Position numbers and translations under genes: made by a program
Notes under the pieces: generated by a model
What the model was told of the DNA's origin: nothing
Seen by the model: the letters and a program-made list of their open reading frames with translations, nothing else
Database searches by the model: none
Shown: positions 48,301-60,089 of the stretch, one piece after another
Numbering within the stretch: the stretch's first letter is position 1
Layout: every line of letters begins with the position of its first letter
Assembly (NCBI GenBank): GCA_964036045.1
Contig: OZ038378.1
Location: forward strand, 166,284,001-166,348,000
Direction of reading: 5' to 3'
Source of the DNA: Eutreptiella sp. 'Long Island Sound 2002'
Taxonomy: Eukaryota > Protista > Euglenida
Length of the DNA: 64,000 nucleotides

Positions 48301-48584
48301 AGTCCACGGCGTATGCATTGATATTGATGGATTTGCAGATGCCTCGTCTGGATGGTGTCGAGACCACGAAAGCCGTGCGAGCCATTCCGCAGTGTGACCA
48401 CATCCCCATTGTTGGCTTCACTGCCAGTTCCATCCAGAGCGAGTTGGAGACATGCAAAGCGGCGGGAATGATTGAGGTGCTCTCCAAAAACCTCCCCAGG
48501 GCACAGTTGCAATCGTTCGTCTCCAGGTACACACAGCCGGCACCGCAATCAGATGCTGTGTCGGAGCTATCTTCCCCAGCTTGA
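45327..48584 (+). CDS. Phytochrome-type hybrid sensor histidine kinase (PAS-GAF-PHY-HisKA-HATPase-REC), 1085 aa, intronless
   Basis: Photosensory core: 'TCARENIHKPSAVQGHG' (Cys46), 'TGFDRVMVYMF..DQHGEVIAE', 'GLHFPAHDIPEQAR', 'LWGLLICHH', 'WAGDP', 'PRSSF'. HisKA 'ISHEIRTPL'; N box 'NLISNALKFT'; G1 'EDTGIGI'; G2 'GAGLGLYI'. REC 'VAEDN..ILMDLQMP.LDG..FTA..K'. Confidence 0.95.
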   Translation: MAPAHEDACRWADAVLLSRQYETISTAKREAYRRNSLSLEDHKHTCARENIHKPSAVQGHGYLLVMERATLSVTQVSANVVDLGYEINSLLGTSLMDVIGATAFDNIQTTIDIQESKPMSSFPVEFGVGEHRKTFASSFHVRGTSAFLELEPYVPVTSRGVDAGNVQVRCMSQKLLTVESSVEGCQLLTQSVQSTTGFDRVMVYMFHPDQHGEVIAETLRPDSGVESLKGLHFPAHDIPEQARACFVRNIYSHIPHVKHDEIPLVPVDCPHSMERPDMTLVSLRSVAPGCTQYYLNLGIQASLVVSLVVDGQLWGLLICHHMSPKFVPFYERVAAAMVSEVLSLFISVQQRLELARQQESAGRAQRRMVHCLKETHDPQAAFAGENGNVSDLLKCTGACCVIDGVVHRFGVTPTDEEILELVSFALEHSGGVLCSTNLPDVYPNAEKFSEHARGCLLQSASTTTKDLKEGSLVCIWFRGYITRNVYWAGDPASSFIPGGMVPRSSFRPFSQTETLSAMPWTQSDEHIVSNFVRDINLQLAEIKCQQAEHRLRQMQMKDQFIANISHEIRTPLYAINGMAEECIEAPHLPSDLQEPVELIHASGTSLLSLLNDIIDVKKLEDGKLQLVPQDVNVVQLARFCLKMFSKQLKAKGLLGKLIYTPSLEHTTLSIDKTRLQQLYVNLISNALKFTNTGSITVRLTHSQSPSELTVSVEDTGIGIKDSDLPKLFDKFEQVDTSDKRVFHGAGLGLYIVKQILDLMNGKLGVQSEWQKGCQFWFKVCAPCSCESNTAWASQEPCEEVVIKPSPSQDMEASRASTTALVSGSESTRSTVAWASASRSSSEPSSLARHCADPPPRLALKPLPLTPVPSRARPSPKSAFKRMFRAVFSTRSSDSCSTPSSPSETPVPQASTPISPSAPSNMGMRKKAKQRAAPEPPRASIPIQVRSRGGLRRRILVAEDNPVLQKVTLSMLSPVADCVIVPDGEDVLEKLGESTAYALILMDLQMPRLDGVETTKAVRAIPQCDHIPIVGFTASSIQSELETCKAAGMIEVLSKNLPRAQLQSFVSRYTQPAPQSDAVSELSSPA

Positions 48585-49589
48585 TCCAAGCATGGCATTG
48601 CGAAATGCCTTGTTACCCTATCTCACCCGCCCCACCCCTTCCCCCGCTCGTCAGAGCAAGGAAGGCCATGGAAGGCAGGTGGGCACACGTCGCTTCTTTG
48701 CAGCCCCCCTGTGGTATGCCAGAAGCGTATCTTTACCTGCCTTGCATCCAAATTCGTCACAGCCTCCCATCATGCAGCGTGCGCGCTGTCAAGAGTGCGC
48801 ACTACTGCTCTGTGGGTATGCAGCTTGGTTCAAAAAGTGAGTGTTCTTCATGGTGATGCTGAGACTCCATCAGTCTCTGATGGTCACCACCCACCCCTGC
48901 CTACCCTGACTGTCCACGCCACCTCCGTTTCTGTCTGATCACTCTGTCTTCACACCTGCTGAACGACTGGGATCCTACTGCATTTGATGATACCTTCCAG
49001 GGAAAAATTTAGATTAGGACAAGATTGATGTGGACGAACCTCCCTCGTACCAAACATTTCCTTCAATTTTAAGGATGCTATGTGCCAAAATGTGTGCACC
49101 GGACACCGGCTGCAGGGGGGATTTTCTGCGTGCTACATGCAGTGTGACTGTGCAACGCAGAGATGAGACGGGCTGTCAACTGACACTGTGTTCTCTGTCG
49201 AGACTCACTCAAGACTGACAATGCTCGCATCAGAAGACCGTACAATTCATGGATGTACCATGTTCTGTATGCACAAGCGGCGCGCACGAGGTGTGTGTAT
49301 TGGGGTGATTTCGTGCACCTACCCACGTATTTGACAGTGAAGTGCATGTGTTTCGAAGCTGTAAAAGGTATTACCATTGCACATACTGCACTACGTCCCC
49401 TTACAGTTTCACCCATGTCTCTTTCATGGCTTCCTACGGGCATCACTGTCACCTACATCCGATCAAATGGTGATAGGGTGCCTGCCACTGTCACCAAGAA
49501 ACAAAGGAACGACTTTTCCCCATAGTTTATTCGGGCAAGTAATCCCCAGATAAGAGTGCTCTTTTACATAGCGCAAAAAACTGGTCCCT

Positions 49590-52180
49590 GATTGCTCATC
49601 CCTACTTGTTGCATGTCATGCAACACACCACTTTGAGACTGGAAGGCGGGTTCAAAGCGAATGCCTGCGACCAGTTTTGAGCAATTGGCTCTTCATTGGC
49701 ATGCATCGGTAACACCACCAGATGCATGCAAGCCATGTTGTGGCACGGCATGGCTTGGGAGGGTGGCATCCCATGGCCAATGTCAACATGCCACTGCCGT
49801 GGCTGTACAATAGTTAGTTGTCAATGGCCAATTGCACCAGCAAGTTCTGGACTCCGCCCTGCTTTACTGCCTCCATTGTTCCCTGCCAATCCAATCCAAC
49901 CCGTCAATCTAGGGAGCCACTGACAGTATTCCGTTGTGCTTTACGCTTAGATGCATCTCCTGCCCAACACCAATCGGACCAGTCGCAATCGCAATCGTCG
50001 GCACTTTGATGTGTCCGCTGTCCGACGCCCCCCCCTCTCGCCCCACACACACCTCCAGCATTCGCCATTTGCTGGCACCAATTATCTCATCCCAGCAAGT
50101 TCTGGACTCCGCCCTGCTTTACTGCCTCCATTGTTCCCTGCCAATCCAAGGTGTCAATCTAGGGAGCCACTGACAGTATTCCGTTGTGCTTTACGCTTGG
50201 ATGCATCTCCTGCCCAACACCAATCGGACCAGTCGCAATCCCAATCATTGGCACTTTGATGTGTCCACTGTCCGACGCCCCCCCCCCCTCGCCCCACACA
50301 CACCTCCAGCATTCGCCATTTGCTGGCACCAATTATCTCAGCCCATTTTACATGGCACAAAGAACATGTCCATGATTGCTCATCCCTACTTGTTGCATGT
50401 CATGCAACACACGGCTTTGAGACTGGAAGGCGGGTTCAAAGCGAATGCCTGCGACCAGTTTTGAGCAATTGGCTCTTCATTGGCATGCATCGGTAACACC
50501 ACCAGATGCATGCAAGCCATGTTGTGGCACGGCATGGCTTGGGAGGGTGGCATCCCATGGCCAATGTCAACATGCCACTGCCGTGGCTGTAGAATAGTTA
50601 GTTGTCAATGGCCAATTGCACCAGCAAGTTCTGGACTCCGCCCTGCCTCCATTGTCCTATGACAATCTGAGAAGCCACTGCCGGTGGGCCGTGCTGCTTT
50701 ATTATTGGATGCATCTCCTGCCCAACACCAATCGGACCAGTCGCAATCGCAATCATTGGCACTTTGATGTGTCCACTGTCCGACACCCCCCCCTCTCCCC
50801 CCACACACACCTCCAGCATTCGCCATTTGCTGACACCAATTATCTCAGCCCATTTTACATGGCACAAAGAACACGTCTATGATTGCTCATCCCTACTTGT
50901 TCCATGTCATGCAACACACCGCTTTGAGACTGGAAGGCGGGTTCAAAGCGAATGCCTGCGACCAGTTTTGAGCAATTGGCTCTTCATTGGCATGCATCGG
51001 TAACACCACCAGATGCATGCAAGCCATGTTGTGGCACGGCATGGCTTGGGAGGGTGGCATCCCATGGCCAACGTCAACATGCCGCTATGGCCAATTGCAC
51101 CAGCAAGTTCTGGACTCCGCCCTGCTTTACTGCCTCCATTGTTCCCTGCCAATCCAAGGTGTCAATCTAGGGAGCCACTGACAGTATTCCGTTGTGGTTT
51201 ACGCTTGGATGCATCTCCTGCCCAACACCAATCGGACCAGTCGCAATCGCAATCATTGGCACTTTGATGTGTCCACTGTCCGACACCCCCCCCTCTCCCC
51301 CCACACACACCTCCAGCATTCGCCATTTGCTGGCACCAATTATCTCAGCCCATTTTACATGGCACAAAGAACACGTCTATGATTGCTCATCCCTACTTGT
51401 TGCATGTCATGCAACACACCGCTTTGAGACTGGAAGGCGGGTTCAAAGCGAATGCCTGCGACCAGTTTTGAGCAATTGGCTCTTCATTGGCATGCATCGG
51501 TAACACCACCAGATGCATGCAAGCCATGTTGTGGCACGGCATGGCTTGGGAGGGTGGCATCCCATGGCCAATGTCAACATGCCGCTGCTGTGGCTGTAGA
51601 ATAGTTAGTTGTCAATGGCCAATTGCACCAGCAAGTTCTGGACTCCGCCCTGCCTCCATTGTCCTATGACAATCTGAGAAGCCACTGCCGGTAAGCCGTG
51701 CCGCTTTACGCTTGGATGCATCTCCTGCCCAACACCAATCGGACCAGTCGCAATCGCAATCGTTGGCACTTTGATGTGTCCGCTGTCCGACACCCCCCCC
51801 TCTCCCCCCACACACACCTCCAGCATTCGCCATTTGCTGGTACCAATTATCTCAGCCCATTTTACATGGCACAAAGAACATGTCCATGATTGCTCATCCC
51901 TACTTGTTGCATGTCATGCAACACACGGCTTTGAGACTGGAAGGCGGGTTCAAAGCGAATGCCTGCGACCAGTTTTGAGCAATTGGCTCTTCATTGGCAT
52001 GCATCGGTAACACCACCAGATGCATGCAAGCCATGTTGTGGCACGGCATGGCTTGGGAGGGTGGCATCCCATGGCCAATGTCAACATGCCACTGCCGTGG
52101 CTGTACAATCAATGGCCAATTGCACCAGCAAGTTCTGGACTCCGCCCTGCTTTACTGCCTTCATTGTCCTATGTCAATCT
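49590..52180. repeat. Tandem array of a ~500-bp palindrome-rich unit (5 units)
   Basis: Units start with GATTGCTCATCCC at 49590, 50374, 50881, 51381 and 51888 (periods 784, 507, 500, 507; the first has an internal partial duplication). Confidence 0.95.
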
Positions 52181-53565
52181 GAGAACCCACCCCACCCCCC
52201 CGGGCAACACACACATCTCCAGCATTCACCATTTGTCGGCACCAATTATCCCCGCCCACGATCCAGTACTAACCCCTCCCTCCCTCCCCTTTGTCCCGTG
52301 AGGGTGCTGCCTGCGCATTGCACAGTAGGCACCAGAGCATGTGTGTTCACCTCCATCCGTGAGAACGGATGCGCATGTGTGCCGCAAGTCACCACGTGAT
52401 GATGATGATAAGTTGTCACAACTTGTCCATGGGCTGCTTCCCCATTCTTTATCCACAAATTCATTGGTTCGAAACTGGGTTTAGCTGTATCAAAGGCGGT
52501 TGAGACTATTTACAATAATTGATAGCGGACCTGGAGCTGGGTTTGAGAAATGCCTGGGTGGATGTGGGTTGAACATAGTAAACCTGTTTTTGTGTTTTGA
52601 ATGGGTGAGGCCCCCCAATTGGTGGACTAATGGTGAGCAGGCTACGCCAGCTCATCTTTGTCTGAGCCAAAAAAAAATTGGTGGACTAATGGTGTGTCAA
52701 CAGCCGGGTTGTCAACCTAACCCGGGGGCACATGGTTTCTGTGCCCTAACTGGTGAGCGAAAATTGTGTGAAGGCACCTTACCCCCATCTCGTAATCCCC
52801 CCCCCCCCCTGTGCAATCCCCCCCACCCCCCGGAGGGGGGGAACGTCACTGTGACATTTCTTCTGGAAACGGTTGGTTGTACTATGCTCTCCTGGAGGTG
52901 GTATGGGCGAAGGCTGCCCATGGGGTTTGGGGACAGGGTCATGTGTTGGATGGAAAGTTGTACCTTACACGTGGCATTTGCAAGCATGACCAGCTTTCCG
53001 ATCAAATGAAGGTGCCTGTCAAGTCCAAGCCAGCCAAGCCAGCCACCAAAAGGGCTGGAAACCGAGCTGCACAGCCTATCTCGTCTTCCAATCCTCAGCC
53101 TAAACCTGAATTGCCCACTGAGCATGTCCAGGAGTTTAAGGCTGTTTGGAGTCTAAAAAAGAAGTTTCGCACAGTGCCTGTGGAAAGGGCACGCACACAG
53201 AAGTAACATCATGGTTCAATGTGATTCACACTACCAGTGTTGTGCATGCACAGCTGCAGATTTGAAGTGTTACAGTTTGGTGGTGCAATCCCCCCGCCCC
53301 CCCTGGGGGGCAACCTTCACTACATTGGGGAGGGGGATTACAAGGGGGGTTCCAGGGGCTAAACGAAGGCCTATTCACGGACTTGATCAACTCAGTCATC
53401 ACAGGAGCCGAACACGAGGGCAATGCGAAGACAGTATGCGAGGTCCTATGGGCAGTGCTCGTGCACATCTGTCCACAAACCGACATGGGAACAGATGTTA
53501 GCCCGCCGCCCATTAGCCCCAAGAGGGGTGGCGATGATGGCCCCTCACCCCCCGCACGGCAGCAC

Positions 53566-53860
53566 AGACTGGGTGCCACAAGAAACGTACTGATACCGTG
53601 TGGCATGTGGCAAAGGCACTAGGACGACAGGATGGTCCTAGTGCATTACCTTCCCGATTTTGTGCATTTTAGCACCAAACCTACATTACCCTCCCCCCCC
53701 CCCCCTTGCAATCACCCCCGCCCCGTGGCGGGGGGGGGGGGGCTGTCACCTTGACAATAGTTTTCCCTGATGAGCTCCCTTGTTCTTCCTTGGCTTGTGC
53801 CCCCTGCTAGCATTGACTCCTCTTTGCATTCAGACGCAAATGCATGTTATAGGCGCGCAT
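53566..53860. repeat. Dispersed repeat X, copy 2
   Basis: Colinear with 4365-4660, with the same 10-bp stem at 53616-53644. Confidence 0.85.
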
Positions 53861-55244
53861 CCTTTGGAAGAGAGTACTGCAGTAGCGCAATGGACTTCTG
53901 TGATGTTGGAGGAGCAAAATTGAGTGTTTGTAAAGGACCCATGCAGCTAGTCTAGATCTTCTTAAACGGTTGACCCGCAGAGGTGTAAATCTTTGTAGGC
54001 AGTGTGGCGGAGGTTCGGCTCGCTGGAGGATACCAATGGGGACCTCCAAAACTTTCCACGTGGGCAAGAACTCCACGAAGAAGACAAGAAGACTGTAGGC
54101 TTGGCATTGAACTGCAGAAACTACTGCCGCACGCCATCGTAGTACGCTCGCGCACCGTGTGCAGGGCGGGCAAACTCTAGGCAAACTCCAGAGTAGGCAC
54201 ACCCGGGCTGAATGGAGGTGACAAACGACAGGCATGCTAGAAACAGGGCCGCGTCTGGGTGGAGGCGTACGGAATCGGTCATGTCCAGAAGGGTGTATGT
54301 AACACAAGGCGCTAGACTGGTAAGAACTGGCGGCTATTGGGTAGTAGTGTTGGAGGCAAAGTTGACGGGTGAAGTCTGAATGGCAGCGTCGTTGTTGTCG
54401 AGGAGCTCGGTCAAGGAGAGATGGCATGGCAACGCGGACGTGTCTTCGGCAGTTGCACCGAGACTACGTTCACGACGGTAGCACATCAGTGAAGCCTCAA
54501 AACCAGAGTGAAGGCTAGCTGACGAGTGAAACTCTTGCACTAGCGAAACCAGTGCGGAGGTGTCGGCCGATTGGTACAAGATGGCTATAGAATGACACCG
54601 TTGCTTAGTGATGTGTTGCAATGTCATCATGTGCCGGCGAATCAGGTCATTGGGGGAGCCTTAAGCGCAGTGCGCGTGCAGTGCGCGCGCAGTGCAACTA
54701 TTTGGGCGTCCGGTCATACTAGAGACCCATACTAGGGGCCCCTAGGGGCATCATGGTGACCCCTAGTGGAGGTTTTGACTTCTGATTTTGTCCCCCTTTG
54801 TTTGGGTGTGCCAAAGGTGATTGAGCAGATCTTGCGGTTCGGCAAGGGTAACCACTTACCAAGGGATGAGGAAAGTGTAATTATCCAGGATGGGCTTGAT
54901 GGCCAACCATTCTCTGAAGGCGGCAACGAAGCGCCAACACTTCAGCCTGCGATTGACCGTTTGCGCCACGAGAAGAGAGAGAGAGAGAGGCCAAGAAACA
55001 AGCAAAACATGCGCAGCAGGTCCTAGAAAAGCGGCAACACACACTGGATGCTTTTTGTGTTGCTGCGCCCCCTCGGGCCGATGTGGCTTCGTCCAGCTCC
55101 AATCTCCCTCGGCCCTCTAAGTCCTCGCAACCCCCTGTGGCTACACAATCTCAACCCCAATCCGATTCTAACCGCAAGGGAAAGGAGAGAGCCCCTTCCT
55201 CACAACTGAAACCACGCATGTGGCATTGGGGCATCGTAAGGAAC

Positions 55245-55410
55245 ATGTGTGTGTTATGTTAAGGGAAGGTAGTTTGCAACTTTCTTGAGCTGGGGCAGTT
55301 TGGGTCACCTAATGCTAAGGGCGTTTCCAAGGGGTGTGCTTGGGGGCTCTACGGGGGGAACATAGTCTAAAAGTAGCGCGCAGTGCGCGTGCAATGCAAA
55401 GATTCCCCCA
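55245..55410. repeat. Dispersed repeat, also at ~42770-42935 and partly at ~56145-56190
   Basis: Shared AGGGAAGGTAGTTTGCA...CATAGTCTAAAAGTAGC.CGCAGTGCGCG. Confidence 0.8.
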
Positions 55411-56364
55411 TTGTAGCGGCTTGAAAGGTGTCGATAGTTGAGTTCGTGATAACGGGTTTCGGCATAGGCAGTCTCTAAAGTAAGTAGCGTAGCGGATGTC
55501 CTATAGGTCACGGGAGACGATGTTGTAGGTGCAGGCTCCATGGGAATGTCCCATGTAAAGGGTGCGTTGGATGATGTGCTTAAATTTGGCGTAGTGTGTC
55601 GTCGCATTGTAGCAGGCGGCGGTAGGGGCTCGAACAGGCATGATGGCAGCTGCGGCTGCCCAGAGTGAGAGTGGCGGAACCAACAGCGGCGATGGCGATG
55701 AAGTTGCAGAACAACCCTCAGCAGAGAATCGAGATTTGCGAAGATCACGTGCACAGGGGTCCATGTCCCGGTGCTCACGTGCAAAACTGCCATCTGGCAG
55801 CCTTCACTCATGCCCTTCAAAAGGGGTCTTGGGTGTTGAGGCCGAGGGACAATCCAGCATCCTCTCCAAGTGCTGTATCACGGTCAAGTACAATAATTGA
55901 AGGTGACCTCACGGGCTTGATCTAGCCAACACTTACCATGCCGTCATCCCGAGATGGTCGGCAGCGGTGCTATGCTAGACAGCCATACCCAGCACCCCCA
56001 GGTCCATCCTCCCACCCCGGTTCGTGGAAGATGGACCGCCTCCCGCCCCCACCGAAGGAGGTGTCCCAGCATCTACAGTGGGACATGCTCCTGAGGCAGG
56101 GGTGATATAAGGGTGTGTGGAAGGGGTGTGGTTGGGGACTCTTCAGGGGGAACTTGGTCTAAAAAGTAGCGCGCAGTGCAAGGGCTCCCCCCAAGTCCAA
56201 CAACAATGGAAGGAGGTGGAGGCAGAACTATCGGCGGAGCAACGTTCTCCGCATCCTATGCCTCCCTCATCCCCCGACTTGCCATACCACCCATCCGAGA
56301 GGATGCGCATCCCGCGGGGGGGCGGCCGGGCCCGGTCCTTGTATGCGACCCCCCCCCCCCGGGG

Positions 56365-56900
56365 GGGGGTTGCGTTTGTTTTTTTGGTGGGTTTTATCGT
56401 GGACCTCGTCCCACTGGCTCTCGAGTCGCGAGATGCCAATTATGTTTGGATCAGGCTGCGGCAGCAAGAGACCGAGCAGAGGCTACACCGGCTAGTTGCG
56501 TTGGTCTTTAGGGTGCTAGTGGTGCATTTCCCGGACCTGGCAGTGCAGGTGGAGCACAAGGAGAATGTGCATGCCTGTTACAGGGTTTGGTCTGGCTAGG
56601 TACCTACCCGCACTGGCGTCAAAACACTTAAAGCAAGTGGTACAAGGAGTGAATTCAGTGGGGGCATGTGGTTGTGGGCTCAGGGATGGGGTCGTGCAGT
56701 GGATTGTATCCACCATGCCTTGATAGGACCGGTCCATGGCTAGGGTATGGTGTTTTGGCATCTGCATGAAGACACGCGGTCTGGGTTGTGAGAGTTGTCG
56801 ACGATGGTCTGGGTGCCCCTTGGGGCTAGTAGTCTAATGGTGGCAGATAGGATGGTACCTGGGGTGCGTGGTTCGTGGCTAACCGGTGCCCATGGGAGGG
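56365..56900 (+). repeat. Uninterrupted copy of the older repeat that is split at 21200 and 13960
   Basis: The 5' half matches the reverse complement of 21200-21530 and the 3' half matches the reverse complement of 13700-13960. Confidence 0.8.
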
Positions 56901-57304
56901 GATGAGCTAACCCAGACGGCCCATGAAACATTCGATAACCGTTTTAAGCGGTTATATCAAGGAAACATTCAGAGTTGATCTGGTTCACGCTGTATTCTAG
57001 CAAGGAGAAACAATTTTCTGTGCTTTGTGGCCATGACCATACGCCTGTGTCACGGGGGTGTATGCAAGTTTAGTATCCGGTGCTCATGGCCCGGGGTTTT
57101 GAGAGATAGTGGTGTCGGGGGCATGGTGCCAACGGCAACTTCACGAGTGCAATCTTCCGGAGCGTGGGTTTGAACCCTGCACTTCTTCTTTAATATGAAC
57201 CGGGATTTGCCGAAAGCCCGCAACCCGGATCGTGGGGATAAATGGGAAGCACCGACTGTCCCCCAGTTTTTCAACCTGAACTTGAGAATGGGACAGGTCC
57301 AATT

Positions 57305-60089
57305 GAGTGATTCACGGTAGGGAATCACCAGATTTCCCATGCATGTGCATATCACATTTCACAATATTTTTATATTTGGGTGGTCACTGCCCCCCCTCCC
57401 CCCTCTCCGCCGCGTTACTATGAATCAAGACGCAGGACCAACATTCATCCAGTTCTTACTCACTCAAGACTTTGAGACCTTCATCAACAGCAAAGGAGTC
57501 AACTAGGGGGCCAGAGTAGCCGTGGAGGTACTGGGCGGTATGAAAGAGGCGGGCCAGATCAGAGAAGCTGGCGGATTTGTAGTTTCCCTCTACCTAAACG
57601 CCACTGCCGCACAAGGCCCGGCATCCTGGGCCAACGCCTGCCACCGGACATGGCCCCTACAAAGCGACAAAAGCTTGTCACTCTTGAGGACCCGTGGGGA
57701 ATGGCACACATGTGATCCAGCATGTTTAACCCCTTTAAATCTTACACATTATAGGCTTGCCATATGGCGTGGCGGTTTTGCCTACCGCATCAGAGAGCCC
57801 TCCGGTATACGCATGTGAACTCTGGGTCTTTGCCATGTGCCCCGCTTTGCGGGGATCCACTGTATCATATGCTGGAGATGCCCACTTTCCCAAGCACAAT
57901 CTTGAGTACTCTTTGAACTTCTGGAGTCAGTCAAAAAGAAAAGAGAGAAGCTAGCGGATTTGTAGGCGATGACTCTAAGTTACTCAAGGTAATCTTTGTG
58001 TATGAAGCGGCCCATGCGCGGAGAATTGACACCCGATCAGGCGAATTCAGGCCCCTAGCTAAGGCGGCAAGACAGCAAAGGCGCGATGTGATGTCGGTCA
58101 GCCTGGACCAGGACACGATTAAGGAACTCTCCAACTTCGTGGCAGTAGCGTTCGAAGTGTTTCTGTCGGCGGTGGATGGACTAATCGCGGACAAAGCATC
58201 AACAGAGGTGGGCCTCAAAATGGCAAATGCCGGAGTGGAGAAATACACCGTCAAGGGACATGATCCCAACAATGTCAGAGGACCTGGGGTTCATAGACCA
58301 GGATATCGTGCGAGTGCAGGCAGCGTATGCCCTATATATGGGCAAGGGATTCGAAATCCGCGTTGTAGGGTCACGGGCCAATGTGACGTTTGTGCGGGGC
58401 GCCAAACAAGTTGAAGGAGGTAAAAACGCCGATCTAGTGCTTGAGGAGCTGAGCAGGCGTATAAAAAAACTCGAGTCCAATTTGGGAGAACATGAAAAAA
58501 AAGGTACGACCAAAACTGTCGGAGGAAGCGGTGGAAACCCTGCTCTCGGAAGAGGGTGTCCCAAAGTGGATGGAGAAGCTCAAAGCCGCCCTCGTGCAGC
58601 CATTTAAGGAACCAGACGAGCCGGAAGGAATGAAACCGATCCAATTCCTCGGCATTGAAGTCCGGGCTACAATGTGGGATACAAAAGAATCCTACACAAA
58701 TAAGTATGACAGGAAATCAAAAGATCGCCACGAACATGGAGGAAGAAATTCGCAGTCACAAGGATCTAGGCTGAGGAAAAAGCATAACCTGTCGGTTCAA
58801 CAGATGTTGGACAGGGGAGGAAGAAAGTACCGGGAAAAGACCAAAGCAGTGTACTTCTTGTTTGTCGAGTATGAGGGGGACAAGTTCCACATGATGAAAG
58901 CAAGCGATGCATACAACGTGCTGAATGACCCGCCAGAAAAGTGCAGAGAATGCGGCAAAGGGCACTGGGTTTGGACCCATGACCTCGTTTGACGAGGCGA
59001 AATCCCAGGCGATGAAGGGAACCTGGGGTCACTGTCCGTCTCAAAGACGTATCACGGAGAGACCTGGAGTTCCGAAGGAAAACCCCCTGCATCCTCCCGC
59101 AGGGGGAGAGAAATGTCTCAGTGTCATGTCGCCGGGACTGAGCCCGAGAGAGCCCAGTGCGTTACACAGACTACATGGTGCGTCACGGAGGATGCCGGAG
59201 GAGAGGAGAGCGACGAGTACGACCAGGCAGAAGAAGAAAATCAGTGGGGATTCCAGGCGTCATGGCCAACCTACCGCACAGCAGCAGTGGTTCTTGCACG
59301 CATCCTGCAACAATTCAGAGCTGGTGAACCTCCGGACAAGCGAACCCTGCTGGCCCTCGCTTGGAAGACATCATTGCTACGAAGATTTGCGTCCGGACTG
59401 CGAAAATTGGGAAGAAGGCATACTACAGCCCCAAACGAGCCAGGATCCTTGAAGAACAACTCCAAGAAGAAATGGCCCTGGGGAGAAGCCCGAGCACCAA
59501 AACAGTCCTCTCAGCAGCAACATGGGCGGTGTCCATGGGCAACGCAAAACGTGCGGTGCCCAAATTTTTCTGGAAGTATGTCAAGGGGGCGGAGAACGCC
59601 TAGGACGATAGGAAAGTCCTGTGGCGATTGGTTGAGCCCCTGCAGACAATGGCTTACCAGGCCGAGGACCCTACCGAGTGGGCGGTGGTGGCAGCAGCGT
59701 TACTGTCGACGGTGGCGGAAATATGCGTCGGGGAGACGGCGGGGATCAGGGTCCGAGGACTGGACGGAATCCGAGGCACAATCACGTTCTGGACGAAAAG
59801 GTCAATCGCAGAGCGTACTCTCGCATAGTGGGGGCCTGGGCGCTCCAATGGGTTCGGTTCTTGCACTGGTGCACAATCCAAAAATAGGGCCGTACCCAGC
59901 ACGACAACATCGTCAGTGGACCACGTCAGCTGGAACGGGTCATGGTCAAACTGCTCGCAAGGGGCAGGAGGTCCGCCGGCATCGGTGGCGCCGACTCTGC
60001 TCCACCCCAGGCCACCTTGCCAGTGATGGAGCACGTGCCTGAGTTTGTGTGGTGCTTGTGAGACCAGAATCCGAGGAGGGAAATTCAGG
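57305..60089 (+). mobile_element. YR retrotransposon family 2, internally deleted (A-gag-partial YR-B)
   Basis: A repeat at 57305, gag homologous to 11800-12995 with 'CRECGKGHWVW', YR N-half 'SPSTKTVLSAA..VPKFFWK..LSTVAEICVGE' homologous to 27488, and B repeat at 60023-60089. Confidence 0.85.
57583..57943 (+). mobile_element. Short 5'-truncated LINE 3' end inserted in the YR gag, with 22-bp TSD
   Basis: AGAGAAGCT(G/A)GCGGATTTGTAG at 57561-57582 and 57944-57965. The insert matches 44320-44660 and the 3' end of the 13961 LINE. Confidence 0.9.

Larger units (their letters stand above)
42944..49449 (+). repeat. Segmental duplication, copy 2 (phytochrome block)
   Basis: Colinear with 4981-10899. 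Carries an extra LINE insertion and lacks the 606-bp tandem expansion. Confidence 0.95.

Noticed and set aside
53765-53810. CTGATGAG hammerhead-ribozyme core
   Set aside because: No stem II followed by GAAA(C) could be built, and the other copy (4566) reads TTGATGAG.
53860-54630. Protein-like minus-strand stretch
   Set aside because: Multiple stops and no recognisable motif, so there is not enough to call a feature.
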